From positions 31,000,001 to 31,064,000 of the forward strand of contig OZ024756.1 in the NCBI GenBank assembly GCA_964016885.1: a stretch of DNA of 64,000 nt, read 5' to 3'. The notes below the pieces were generated by a model. That model was not told the DNA's origin, did not search any database, and worked only from the letters and a program-made list of their open reading frames with translations. Source of the stretch: Eledone cirrhosa. Taxonomy: Eukaryota. Below, one piece after another: positions 1 through 12,258 of the stretch; position 1 is the first letter of the stretch, and each line of letters begins with the position of its first letter. Both the position numbers and the translations under genes were made by a program.

Positions 1-152
1 GTAATGCAAATGCTAAAATGTTAAGTAAGGACAATTAAGCTTGAACTAATAATGAAAAGTGAAATCCAATATAATAAAATAAAAAAATAATATAAAAACT
101 AAATTATAAAATACTCAAAGAAAATATAAAATACAATATAATATAAATAAGG

Positions 153-575
153 ATTTCTAATTTGGGCACGAGACCAGTAATCTTCACATCGAGGGGAAGT
201 CGATTAAATCGATATCAGGAATTGACTAATACCTTATTTTATCGAATCCAGATGGATAAAAAGGCAGATTTTACCACGTTAAGATTTGAACTCAGAAAGT
301 AAAATGCATTTTGTCCGATCCTCATCCGATATTACCAAACCACTAACTTATAATTCCGAATGTTGTTACAAAGCCAGCAATTTTGGCAACAACGCCAGTA
401 ACTCTGGTGTGAAGGGAAAATCCATGAAATTGGTACCAGCCCTTTACTAGTTCTTTATTTAATTAATCCCGGAAGGATTAACAAAATATTTGACCTCGGA
501 GGGATTGGAACTCAGAACATAAAAGGCCGTATCTAAATACTACGAAGTATTTTGACCGACGGTCTACTTTTCTAG
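153..575 (-). mobile_element. Two degenerate tandem copies of tRNA-derived SINE family 1
   Basis: Diverged matches to the SINE-1 antisense blocks (ttttatcga..ggataaaaaggca..gatttgaactcaga; gacctcgg..ggaactcaga). Confidence 0.65.
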
Positions 576-1903
576 TCCACTACTATTATTGAAATATAAA
601 TATAAAATAACAAATGAAGGTGCTCTGCTTAAAGGTTGGGTGTTTGAAATATGAGTGTAAGTTTATGAGTTAGTTTCCTAGTGGTGTGTTAAATTCTTGG
701 GCAACCTATTAATACTTCATTGCCTATTGCTTTAGCTGGAACGAAAACGAGTTGTACCTGTTATTCGAGTGGGCACCCTTACTAGACTGAGTGTGATGCT
801 GAATTGGTAATTTCCTCAAGCAAGCTTTTTCTGTTGGCGAAAGAACTGGAATACTCGCTGTTTGGAACCAATGATGGTCCAACACCACCAATAATAAAAA
901 TATCATAATATAAAATATAATTATAGAAAGTACGAGACTTCAGATCTATAAATGAATGTCTTCGATTAGTTAATGTATTCGATTACCTATTGAAATCAAT
1001 TTTACGTCCGCCAATAATGATTTGGAGGGTGGGTGTTTGGTTGTATGGAAAATGAAGGAATGACACAATATCATGTTTACACAAAAATGTCATTCCCCGT
1101 CATTAATCAATGGGAATCAATAGGTATTTTGAAGATTCAGAAGATGTCTGAGACACTTGAAAGTTCAATCAGGTCAAATATGAAGAAAACCGATATGAAA
1201 CGTATTATTTTCTAACAATGGCAGTGATCCACCTAGTTGAACGAGATATATAACATACTCACACACTTCATAACTCGAGACTACGCACAATAGCCGAATG
1301 TTTAAAACGTTTGCTTCGGAATCATGAATTCCCGGATTCGAGGTCTCCTTGTCATAAAAATCTTGTCATAAAATCACCTTCCATAAAACCTCTTCGCTCA
1401 GACTGAGGATAAAACTTGCAAAACCAAGGACTTACACCCACTACTGCTTTGAGATCTTATGCAAACTTCCCCCGAATTTCTAAAAAAAAAAGGGGGAATG
1501 TCATTTTTATAGTCTCCTTTTGATTGATAAATTGTTTAGAAAGGAAACAATATCATATGTGACACAGCTCCTATACCCCTTTTTATACGTGTTATATCAC
1601 TCAGAGTTGTTGTTGTACGTGTTATTTGGCTCAAGTTGATTCGTAAAATTTGAACTAGAACTTGAGCTGAACATTGAAAGGTTTTGGTTGGTGATGTTTT
1701 ACAGTGCTTGTTTTTATTTCCCATTCAAATTAATGTTCGCAAACTATTCTTTTTGATAACGTGTATTGGACAATAGAAACTCTCTAATCTTGCAGTTCCG
1801 TTCGTCTGTCTAATTGTTATCGGTGTTTGTTTGTTTTTTTTCGGAGGGTGGGTGGTGGAGGGAGAGGGATTTTTGTTGTTGTTTGATTTTTTTTTCGTTT
1901 TAG

Positions 1904-2010
1904 AATGACTACTTGGAGGAGCTCCGTGAAACGTGGCCGTTCACAACAAGCAATAAGAACAACATCAACATCAACAAGAACAAAAACAACATTAAAAATA
2001 ATAATAATGG

Positions 2011-2049
<39 letters not shown>

Positions 2050-2170
2050 CAATAAAAATAATAATATTACTAGTAACAATGTATGTAATCTGAAACAACT
2101 TGTGGATAAGCCGCTTATCTCCCCTCCAAAAATAAATGAAGCATTTACAAAATATTTGAAACAAAAATAA
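1904..2170 (+). CDS. Candidate coding exon with poly-Asn tract (product unknown)
   Basis: Polypyrimidine tract tttttttcgttttag (AG 1902-1903) opens in phase 0 into NDYLEELRETWPFTTSNKNN..(N)n..VCNLKQLVDKPLISPPKINEAFTKYLKQK*; alternative donor GTATGT at 2081; no homology recognised. Confidence 0.35.
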
Positions 2171-2487
2171 ATTCATTGATTGAAATTAGGCTTATGAAAA
2201 AATTCGCCATTTTAAAGACTCCATTTTTATTTTCTTGCGTTTTGTATTTTAAGAAGAAGACCGGCCATTAATAAAATAATACCATTGTCTTTTTAAATCA
2301 GAAAATTCTACACAAAGGATTATCTTCTATTGTGCTTCTTAAAGCATTTAAGTTGTGCATGTCAATATATTGTTAGGGACAAATGCAGCTATTGATTGTG
2401 TAGGGGTAAAAATAAAAGAAAATACGATATTCTTTATAATCTATGTGAAATTATTCTACACAAACATATACACACATATACACGCAG

Positions 2488-2547
<60 letters not shown>

Positions 2548-2816
2548 GCACGTACGTACATACATACATATATGTGCACATATATATTTATTTATATATA
2601 TATCTACGTGTATATATATATATATATATGTAATTATATAATTATATATATATATCTGTATGCATATATACATATATATGATATGTATATGGTTGTATAT
2701 GTATATATATATATATGTGTGTGTGTGTAGAATTATATAGAATTCTTTTTAACACAATGAATGCTTATCTTTCAAGCTGCCTGTATGTACTCGGTTCCCA
2801 TATATAGATCGGTTGG

Positions 2817-2935
2817 TGAAGGCGCGTGGCTTAGTGGGTAGGATGTTTGGCTTACGATCGTTAGACGAGAGTTTGATTGCTAGCGGCGTATTATGAGCAA
2901 GCCACATAATTTTTGCTTTCGTCAGTTCATCTTTA
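2817..2935 (+). mobile_element. Degenerate tRNA-derived SINE family 2 (CORE-like)
   Basis: Head gaaggcgcgtggcttagtgg followed by tgagcaagccac; similar to 55141 and 26000 copies. Confidence 0.55.
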
Positions 2936-3177
2936 AGAAATAAATTGTACCAGTAATTGTCATCCACTATGTCACGTTGAATCTCCTAGAGAATGACGTC
3001 AATTCTTCCGGAATACCCAACCATGTTCACTATAAGTTCACAAGCAACCTGACTCATTCATCAGATAACTAAAGCCGTTATCATCGAAATCGACGAGTGT
3101 TCAAAACCTCACATCTCATCTCTCGTTATTTACGAACACAACATCCGTGTTATATTATATTATATTATATAAGTAAT

Positions 3178-3368
3178 GGTGGTGGATTGGCAGTATCGGT
3201 ATAGGGTCTGACGCCATGCTTTGCAGCAAAGAGTTACGGCCCTTTATGGCCTGAGTTCAAATCCTGCCGAAGTTAACTTTGCCTTTCATCCTTACGGGGT
3301 CGATAAAATAAAGTACCAGTAATACACTAGGATAATTGCTGGCCTTGTGCAAAAAGTAGAAACAATTA
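3178..3368 (+). mobile_element. Full-length tRNA-derived SINE family 1 with 14-bp TSD
   Basis: A-box-like tggcagtatcgg, B-box gagttcaaatcc, body ctttgcctttcatccttacggggtcgataaaataaagtaccag; TSD attatataagtaat at 3164-3177 and 3365-3378. Confidence 0.9.
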
Positions 3369-3649
3369 TATAAGTAATCCTTTATCAACATATCTTCATT
3401 AAAATCTGATAATTCGACAGATGAAACTGCAATAAATCATTTCATAGTTTTAATCAATATCTTATTATTTTGCTCGGAATATCCGCCTGTAGATAGGAGG
3501 GGGACAACCAAGAAAGGGCAATCGCCCTAGCAGTCAATGTTACTGTAGCTGTTTTGGGGATTTCTCGAACGAATTCCAGCGTTTGGGTAACTTTTCGTGT
3601 TTTGATTTTTTTTAATGCTTATTGTTTTAGTCTTTGTTATAAATCTTTC

Positions 3650-3972
3650 TCTCACACAAGAAGTCCACACTATACCACCTTTACCGTCTTTATTGTGATC
3701 CTAATGTAAGCTCTGTATGGCTAATAAATTATTATTATTATTATCATTATTATTATTGTTAATAATATATAAATCATATTATATTCATAGTTTTGATCAA
3801 TATTTCATGAAGAATGGACCTGTTATTTTTATCTCACACAAGAACCCCACACTATACCACCTTTACCGTCTTTATTGTTCTCCTAATGTAAACCCTGTGT
3901 GGCTAATAAAGAAATCATTATTATTTTTATCCGTACTTATTATTGTTAATAATATATGAATCATATTATATT
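3650..3972 (+). mobile_element. Two tandem short LINE-like 3' ends followed by (ATT)n
   Basis: tctcacacaagaa..ctgt(a/g)tggctaataaa at 3650-3728 and 3832-3915; terminus shared with the Tx1-like ends at 35161 and 47209-48514. Confidence 0.55.
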
Positions 3973-4659
3973 ATATGTATCAATATATACATAAATATAT
4001 ATATGTGTGTGTGTGTGTATGTGTGTGTGTGTGTGTATTAATGTATTTCTGGTTGCGTAATTTCATTTCGCTTTCTGGGGCTTGGTTGGTTCAGTTTTAT
4101 TATGTTCGTGTACCTTTACTTCGATGTAGGGTGGGATTATGAGAGTAGTAATTTCAAATATTCATACACCAAGACACAAACACACACACAGACACACACA
4201 GAGAGAGACACACAGCGCGCATGCACACACACGCATGCAGGCACTCACAGAGAAAGATATATATATATATATATATATTCTCACCCAATCGTATGGAAGT
4301 ATGTAATACAAGGTTATTTATTTCCTACTTCCATACAATATATTTTTGTTGCAATCTACCTCGCATAAACCGACATCTAATCTTGCGTTGTGGGTCTCCT
4401 GAGAAATCTCCATCTTATTGCAAGCGGCGTATTATAATTATTTTATCTCATACGCTAGCCATGGCGATGTATAGGAACGTGTTCGTAATCAGGCTTATGT
4501 TTGTGTTTGTTGTGACTTAATTTGTTTTATTTATAATTTTATTTCATATTTAGCCACGGATCAGCTCTTTCATGAACATCTATAATGAAAGGCAAAGGTG
4601 AGGTCATGGCCGAGTTATTCAAAATGTGTGTTTCGTATTCATATATAAGAGGTTCTCTT

Positions 4660-4930
4660 TGCTATTATGTTTAAATAGTTCGCTTTGCAGCAATGTTTAA
4701 GAAGCTTGATTTGCAATCCTGCTTAAGAAGATTGCTTTGCAACCAAGGTTAAGAAAGTTGCTTCGCAATCCTGTTTAAAAAGTTACCTTCGCAACCATGT
4801 TTAATACGTTTGCTTCGCAATTCTCTTTAAGAAGTTCGCTTTGACATTATGAAAGAGGTTCTCTTTGACATTATGTTTCAGAAGTACGCTTTGGAGCCAT
4901 ATTTAAGAAGTTTGCTTCGCAATTCTGTTT
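4660..4930 (+). repeat. Degenerate ~29-bp minisatellite
   Basis: About nine units resembling atgtttaagaagtttgcttcgcaa. Confidence 0.75.
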
Positions 4931-4989
4931 TAGAATTTTACTGGAATTTCCGGACTTGAAGGAGAGTTTATTAATTACAACCACACACA

Positions 4990-5048
<59 letters not shown>

Positions 5049-5050
<2 letters not shown>

Positions 5051-5420
5051 CGAAGGAAGTGTGGTAAGGAACCAGGTGGACCATAACGCACGAGAGTACT
5101 CGATACTATGGGTAGTAGAGTGGGAAATAAGAAGAGGGTTAGGACCCCGACGGCTGAGCTCCGGCCGTTTCGATAGCTATTTCTGAACATACTGTCGATA
5201 TAGTAGATAAGGAAAGTGCTAGAGGGATTTTTTCAGAATAACATCAATTACAAAATAGGGATTTGCGCATTTAATTGCACCGGTTTCAGCTGTGTAGGCT
5301 TTTTGAACGACGGAAGTGTATAATCCAGTTATATTGCATATTAATAAATAAGAGCAAGAGAAATATAAGTCCCTATTTTGTAAATAAGTGTTTTGGTGTT
5401 ATTCTGAAAAATCCCTTTAT
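5049..5420. mobile_element. PLE-like remnants (family A fragment plus an adjacent inverted-repeat fragment) within (TA)n
   Basis: 5049-5190 matches 5740-5847; agggattttttcagaataaca..tacaaaataggga is inverted at about 5370-5417. Confidence 0.6.
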
Positions 5421-5449
5421 TATTTTCTAATGTATTTTTTTTCCTTTTT

Positions 5450-5529
<80 letters not shown>

Positions 5530-5686
5530 TCATTTTATTCATATATCAAAATGTTCTTGTCCTATGACTCTGATAAACAGGCGAAACCCCAAAGTAACAA
5601 CTATCTCACTATTCAGACTTAAAAGAATGAATACAAAACTCTACTTCAGTATTGAATTCTCGTTTCTCTCAGCCGTCATACATACA

Positions 5687-5739
<53 letters not shown>

Positions 5740-5741
<2 letters not shown>

Positions 5742-6123
5742 CGAAGGAAATGTGGTAAGGAACCAGGTGGACCATAACGCACCAAAGTACTCAATACTTG
5801 GGGTAGTAGAGTGGGTAATAGGAACCAGTAAGACCCCGACGGCTGAGGGGGAGGAAGTCGGAACGGTAGGTAGAACTACCTACCGTTCCGACTTCCTCCC
5901 CCTCCCCTCCCCAGTATCTTCTTTGACCTCATGCCCAGCTGTAGCATCTCCCCTACTAATTTGCAATCACAGAATTACTACTGACTTTTGACAATCACTT
6001 TGACCATATATGGAATTACCCCTTGAGAAGATCGGCTATTTAAATACCAGGATAAATTTTCATTTAGTCCAGAATTAGCCGTCGAAACGGCTTGAGTTCA
6101 GCCGTCGGGGTCTTACTGGTTCC

Positions 6124-6125
<2 letters not shown>
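5740..6125 (+). mobile_element. PLE-like element family A with inverted pseudo-LTR
   Basis: Flanked by (TA)n; ataggaaccagtaagaccccgacggctga (about 5818-5846) is inverted at about 6098-6126; contains an HHR. Confidence 0.75.
6018..6111 (+). ncRNA. Type I hammerhead ribozyme, U3-A8 core variant
   Basis: acccc-TTGAGAA-ga(t)cggcta..tagccgtc-GAA-ACGGCT tgagttc AGCCGT-C-ggggt; all three stems pair; predicted GUC cleavage after 6106. Confidence 0.8.
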
Positions 6126-6519
<394 letters not shown>

Positions 6520-6886
6520 ATAGGGTCACCTATATTTGAAACAACTGAGAAATCTCCTACGAGATTTAACCTCGCGGGGAGCCTGCACAACTTACATAAG
6601 TATGAACTGTAAATTTCATTTTAAATTTGCTTTGTTTTATGGTTTGTATAGTAATATCGGATCGCATTTATCAACGGAAATATAGACAGAAGCTCCTTGT
6701 ATGACGTTATATTAGCTTAGACAAGTCAGGCAACATTTCATTGTATACACAATGACTTACACACATATATGTATCTATATCTATATCTATATCTATATCT
6801 ATATATATATATGTATGTATGTGTGTCTATGTGTGTGCGTGTGCGTGTGTGTGTGTATGCGTGTGTGTATATAATGTATATATATG

Positions 6887-6928
<42 letters not shown>

Positions 6929-7607
6929 GCATATTGAGAGAGAAGGATGTGTGTCTGTGTGAATGTGTATGTGTATGTGTATAAGCGTGTGTGTGTATGT
7001 GTATATGTATGTGTATAAGTATGTATGTGTAGATGTGATTACACAGCAATATAAGTTAGCGTGCAGGATATAGTTAACAAAGCAGAAAAGCACTCACACG
7101 CGAAATACGCATCAAGTTATTTCATACATATAACTTGAAGATTTGGATTAGAATGTCCACGAAGGTCAAGGAAAACTTTTATTAAATTTGAAAGAGTGTA
7201 GCAAATGTGATGGAACACTTTGACTATAACGGATTAACTTAAGAGATAAGAAACTATAGCGAAGATTTCCACCATATTTCCTCAAAAGTCGTAAGAAAGC
7301 TATCGCTTAAAGAAGCCATCCAGCTTATATTTAAAATCTCCATCTAACCATGTTATCTGACACACACACGATATATATACACACACACACTGATAACCAC
7401 AAGTATCGAGTACTCTGTTGAGTAATAGTCTAACCAGTTTTAAACTGTATCCATCCTGATATATATATATATATATACATGTATACATGTGTGTATATAT
7501 AGGGGGACGTATAGCTTACAGGGCGAATCTCTACTACCTCTCAATTCTAACAACCTTCGGTAAACCACCAATTTTAAATATATATATATATATATATATC
7601 ATAATAT

Positions 7608-7747
7608 AATTGTTTCTACTTTAGGCACAAGACCAGCAATTACCCAGTGCATTACTGGTACTTTATTTTATCGACCCCGTAAGGATGAAAGGCAAAGTCA
7701 ACCTCGGCGGGATTTGAAGTCAGATTGTAAAGGGATGTAACTATGCT
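7608..7747 (-). mobile_element. SINE family 1, 5'-truncated
   Basis: Close antisense match to 3178-3368. Confidence 0.9.
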
Positions 7748-7902
7748 AAGGTGAAACAATTGTTCTCTGTATGGTGAACTAACTGTTGTGTAACCACTTC
7801 TCTCTATATATATATATATATATATATCTATATATTAATTATAACAGATTTTAGTCTTCACATTCATTATTACTATATATATATATATATATATAGATAG
7901 AT

Positions 7903-7955
7903 GAGATTCTACAGGACTAGAACTGTTTCATTCATTAGAAATCATCAGGAATCTC
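7903..7955 (-). ncRNA. Type I hammerhead ribozyme, canonical core
   Basis: Minus strand gagattc-CTGATGA-tttc taat gaat-GAA-ACAG ttctagtc CTGT-A-gaatctc; GUA triplet. Confidence 0.85.
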
Positions 7956-8076
7956 TTGATGGTTATAAGGGGCACAGAGAGTGTTAAAATGTACGTTATT
8001 CCGGGTTGAATCGGAGGTAACCACAGTAAGTAAGGTACTCAATACATAGCAGAGTATAACAGTTTTAATATAGATG

Positions 8077-8127
8077 AGATTCTACAGGACTAGAACTGTT
8101 TCATTCATTAGAAATCATCAGGAATCT
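8077..8127 (-). ncRNA. Type I hammerhead ribozyme, second identical copy
   Basis: Same sequence as 7904-7954. Confidence 0.8.
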
Positions 8128-8246
8128 TCTAATGAATGAAACAGTTCTAGTCCTGTAGAATCTCATCTATATTAAAACTGTTATACTCTGCTATGTATTG
8201 AGTACCTTACTTACTGTGGTTACCTCCGATTCAACCCGGAATAACG

Positions 8247-8277
<31 letters not shown>

Positions 8278-8706
8278 GTGTGTGTGTGTGTGTGTCTATA
8301 TATATATATATTGATATTATATATTGCGTTATATTCTAATTAAATACAACAAAAATAGCCATTACCCACTTTCTAATAAATAACAGGACAATACGTCTAT
8401 TAAGACTGTAACATAACAAAAGATCAGTAATTAGATAAACTGCAGAAGATAATATGACATTAATAACAATGGAAGATATGTTGAATATAATCTATTACAT
8501 GACAAAGAATGCAGGAAGATAAATACGGTTTTGTTACTGAGAATTTGTCATTCGGTCATACACACATACATACATAAACATCCATAAAGACAAACACAAG
8601 TGTGATTATGTAAACATATGTATTACCTTGTTGAAACAAATGTGAAAATGGTGTGTATTATGAACCGGATTTGGCTGCAATATCTCATACAAAGACACAC
8701 ACACGC

Positions 8707-8746
<40 letters not shown>

Positions 8747-8756
8747 TGGTATTAAT

Positions 8757-8802
<46 letters not shown>

Positions 8803-8831
8803 AGTATATATATGTATATATATATATTCAC

Positions 8832-8892
<61 letters not shown>

Positions 8893-9337
8893 AAGAGAGA
8901 GAGAGAGAGAGAGAGAGAGATAATAATCCACGTTTGTGCTTTCATATATAATGTATTGGTGGTGGACACAATTTAATTAGCATGACATATACACTGGGAA
9001 ATAGATGCATTAGGCTAATTAAAGATAGTGTATTGGTCATTTAAACCTCATCAAGGATAGAATACATTCTCAGTATTGCTAGAAACAATATATTACAAAT
9101 ATGGCTTATTCCACAAGCACGCAAACATAGATATATAAACAACTCTATAATATGAATAATAGACATTGCGATTGAATTATTGTATTATGATGAATACGAC
9201 CACATAGGCACAAATATATCTATATATATATACATACAGAGAGAGAGATAGAGACAGACATAGAGAGAGATGTATACATGTATATGTATATACATATATG
9301 AATATATATATATATATATATACATACATAAATATGT

Positions 9338-9426
<89 letters not shown>

Positions 9427-9506
9427 AATCTTGTTTCTTTCTTCTTCATCACTTTCTGTTGCTTAAACCATTTTGTTTGTTTACCCTAGCGTCCCCCCTA
9501 TTTACG

Positions 9507-9610
9507 TGTCCCAACGACTTTTTTTAGCCGTTGCTCGCACCAACCTGAGGTATAGGGCCTTTAATGCGACGAAATGCCTACGACGGTTGGAAGGCCACTG
9601 ATGAGGACAA
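9507..9610 (+). ncRNA. Putative non-circularly permuted hammerhead-like RNA, copy 1
   Basis: aggtat-A-gggcctt..tgcgac-GAA-atgcct..aaggcca-CTGATGA-ggac; homologous to the reverse complement of 29735-29838, with compensatory changes. Confidence 0.6.
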
Positions 9611-9663
9611 ACTTTTTCATATGTAACCCATTTTCAGCGCCGCAGCTCCATTATTATCATATT

Positions 9664-9713
<50 letters not shown>

Positions 9714-9748
9714 TATACATTTATATATATATATATATATAGATATAC

Positions 9749-9822
<74 letters not shown>

Positions 9823-10720
9823 TAAGCATTCACTGGGGGTTGTCTGGAAGTCATGAAAATCAGTTGTTCAAATTCTTGAATCAAAGAAAAAGTAACATTG
9901 TAACAAACCGGCGTGTACAGCTATTGTTTGAAAATCTTAAGTTTGCATTCTTTGTAAAATCAGAGATACACGTTTGGAATATTCTATTGCTTCTGGTCAT
10001 ACACACAGACAATTAGTTCCAAGAGATGAATTTCATGATAAACAACATTCATAGTTCTTCGACCTTGAATATTGACATAACGATTGTTCTGACTTCCAGC
10101 ATGTGAGCATCTAACATATGTTTCCGTCATAATTCAACATGACTTACACCAAATGAAATAAACAAATATATGAGGTTATTCCTATAAATTTGTCTTGTCA
10201 AATAAATATAATTTTTTTTTTTTTTTTTTTTTATTATTTTTACTGTATAATAATTTTGTTTTTCCCACATATTGACAAATATGTTTGGTGTCTAATTTCA
10301 GAGAGAGGCCATCTTTTGTTTCGGGAGAAGGGACAATGATATAGTGTTGAAAGTCGATTAAATCGTGTCCAGTACTTAGCTGGTACTATATTATATCGAA
10401 TCTGGAAGATTGAGAGGCATACATGACATCCTTGTGGATAAATGAATACACTGCAACAGTGTAATAACAATATAATGGAAACAAACGGCAATAACTAAAT
10501 GTAACAATCTTTTAAGAACCAACAATCCAACACACTAACTCGAACTCCAGCTTTGACTATCAACACACGAACTGTGGAACTAGTAACAACTTTTCCACTT
10601 ATTAGGGCCGCTACTATTTATATGTACTGGTCCAACCCATTCTCACCAGGGGATCGTCGTACACTCGCTTAACACTATTAAATGAATGGGTAAAACACTT
10701 CAATATATATAGCGAGCAGA

Positions 10721-10870
10721 GGGCGATAGATAGGCTGTATCGCAATAGTATCGGACAGCATGCTTTGTGACATAGAGTTAAGACCATTTAGATGCTGAGT
10801 TCAAATAACGCCCGGGTAAGCAAAACATTTCATCCTTATAGTGTCGATAATATTAAGCACTAGGGTCAAT
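10721..10870 (+). mobile_element. Degenerate SINE family 1
   Basis: atcggacagcatgctttg..gagttcaaat..tttcatcctt..gtcgataa. Confidence 0.65.
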
Positions 10871-10924
10871 TATTCTTCAATGTCTCTTTCTCACCTCAAT
10901 TCTCTCACTCTTCACTTTTTATCC

Positions 10925-11045
10925 TTCTCTGGAAGAAATCGGCTGTATACAGCTTGGAGAGGAGATGGGCCTCGCCAGATTTTAAAATGCCCTGGAAATG
11001 TCATATGACAATACAACACCCCCAACAACCTCCACAGGAGTTACA
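10925..11045 (+). repeat. Dispersed unclassified repeat family E
   Basis: gaaatcggctgtatacagcttggagaggagatggg..gccagattttaaaat; relatives at about 17350-17425 (-), 51865-51990 (+) and 54740-54865 (-). Confidence 0.6.
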
Positions 11046-11679
11046 GAATTCATACATGCATTCATGGTTTTCTGAAATTCCATGAGTTTAAAAATAGTTT
11101 AACAATGGACAGCCCGTCAGTTTGTTTTTCACACATAGTGTATTTAGAACACGATTATCTTATTTTACGATGGATAAGTTATTATTTTAGGGATATTCAC
11201 TTGATATTTATCGGTTATATTTATAGCAGGTGATGTGGCAACATGCCTGTTCTATGTTTGGTTAGTTTTAGTGTTATTACATCATAATGATGACGATGGT
11301 GTCCATGATATTTTCAGTATCATCTAGATTGGATCTAATGTATGTGACTGGCGTTTAATGTCAGATAATGCATAGTTTGACACATGGAAACGAGAAAAGA
11401 AAAACGTAAAATATAAAATACTAAGAATAACATTCCCAATTCGGGAATTTAAAATGCTGCTAAATATGCATTGGTACAACTACATATATGTATATGTATA
11501 TATATATATTGAACATTAGAATTGGCGCTCTGAAATAGCTATATATATATGAATGTATATATAGTGTATTTTGCAATACACTGTATGCTTAATTAAAAGC
11601 ATTTCGAAGACCTTATGCTATTTTTTTAGAGTAGTGACACTCTCACTTACTTTAAATTCTCAGCAAACAAGGGAGATAA

Positions 11680-11724
11680 AGCTGACAGAGCTATGTTTCG
11701 TACTGATTGGTACTTATCAAAGCC
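11680..11724 (-). ncRNA. Minimal type I hammerhead, U3-A8 variant
   Basis: Minus strand ggct-TTGATAA-gtac caatca gtac-GAA-ACA tagctc TGT-C-agct. Confidence 0.75.
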
Positions 11725-11795
11725 AAGTACTCTACCTGTTTGCTGAAAATCATCAATGTTTGATTCTTATAGAATTTCTAGTAATAATCAGACTT

Positions 11796-11838
11796 GGCTT
11801 TGATAAGTAGCAATCAGTATGAAACATAGATGTCAGCT
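11796..11838 (+). ncRNA. Minimal type I hammerhead, U3-A8 variant (second arm)
   Basis: ggct-TTGATAA-gta gcaatcag tat-GAA-ACAT ag ATGT-C-agct. Confidence 0.65.
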
Positions 11839-11980
11839 TTATCTCCCGTGTTTGCTGAAAATTTAAAGTAAGTGAGTCTGTCACTACTCTAAAACAATAG
11901 CATAAGGTCTTCGAAATGCTTTTAATTAAGCATACAGTGTATTACAAAATACACTATATATACATTCATATATATATATA

Positions 11981-12188
11981 CACTGAATACACTCACATAA
12001 ATGCACACATGCATTCGTATCAACATATGAATGCATTTATATATTTATGTGGGTGAGTGTATAAGTGTATATATATATATAACCACTGGTAAATGTAATA
12101 ATTATCTTATGTTGTTTATTACATAACTATATATATATATATGGGTGAAAGCAGCGATTCTTTGCTTAAACTTTAATCTGTTATTTTA

Positions 12189-12258
<70 letters not shown>

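Larger units (their letters stand above)
7897..8248. mobile_element. PLE-like remnant with direct and inverted pseudo-LTR copies
   Basis: 7897-7954 repeats directly at 8070-8127; 122-bp inverted arms 7992-8113 and 8127-8248; (TA)n on both sides; related end fragment at 45657-45692. Confidence 0.8.
11551..11967. mobile_element. PLE-like long inverted repeat, one HHR per arm
   Basis: Arms 11551-11728 and 11792-11967 with a few substitutions; TA flanks. Confidence 0.8.

Noticed and set aside
5556-5600. Hammerhead-like cCTATGA..GAAAC..GTA
   Set aside because: Core lacks G5 and stem III is weak; at best a decayed remnant
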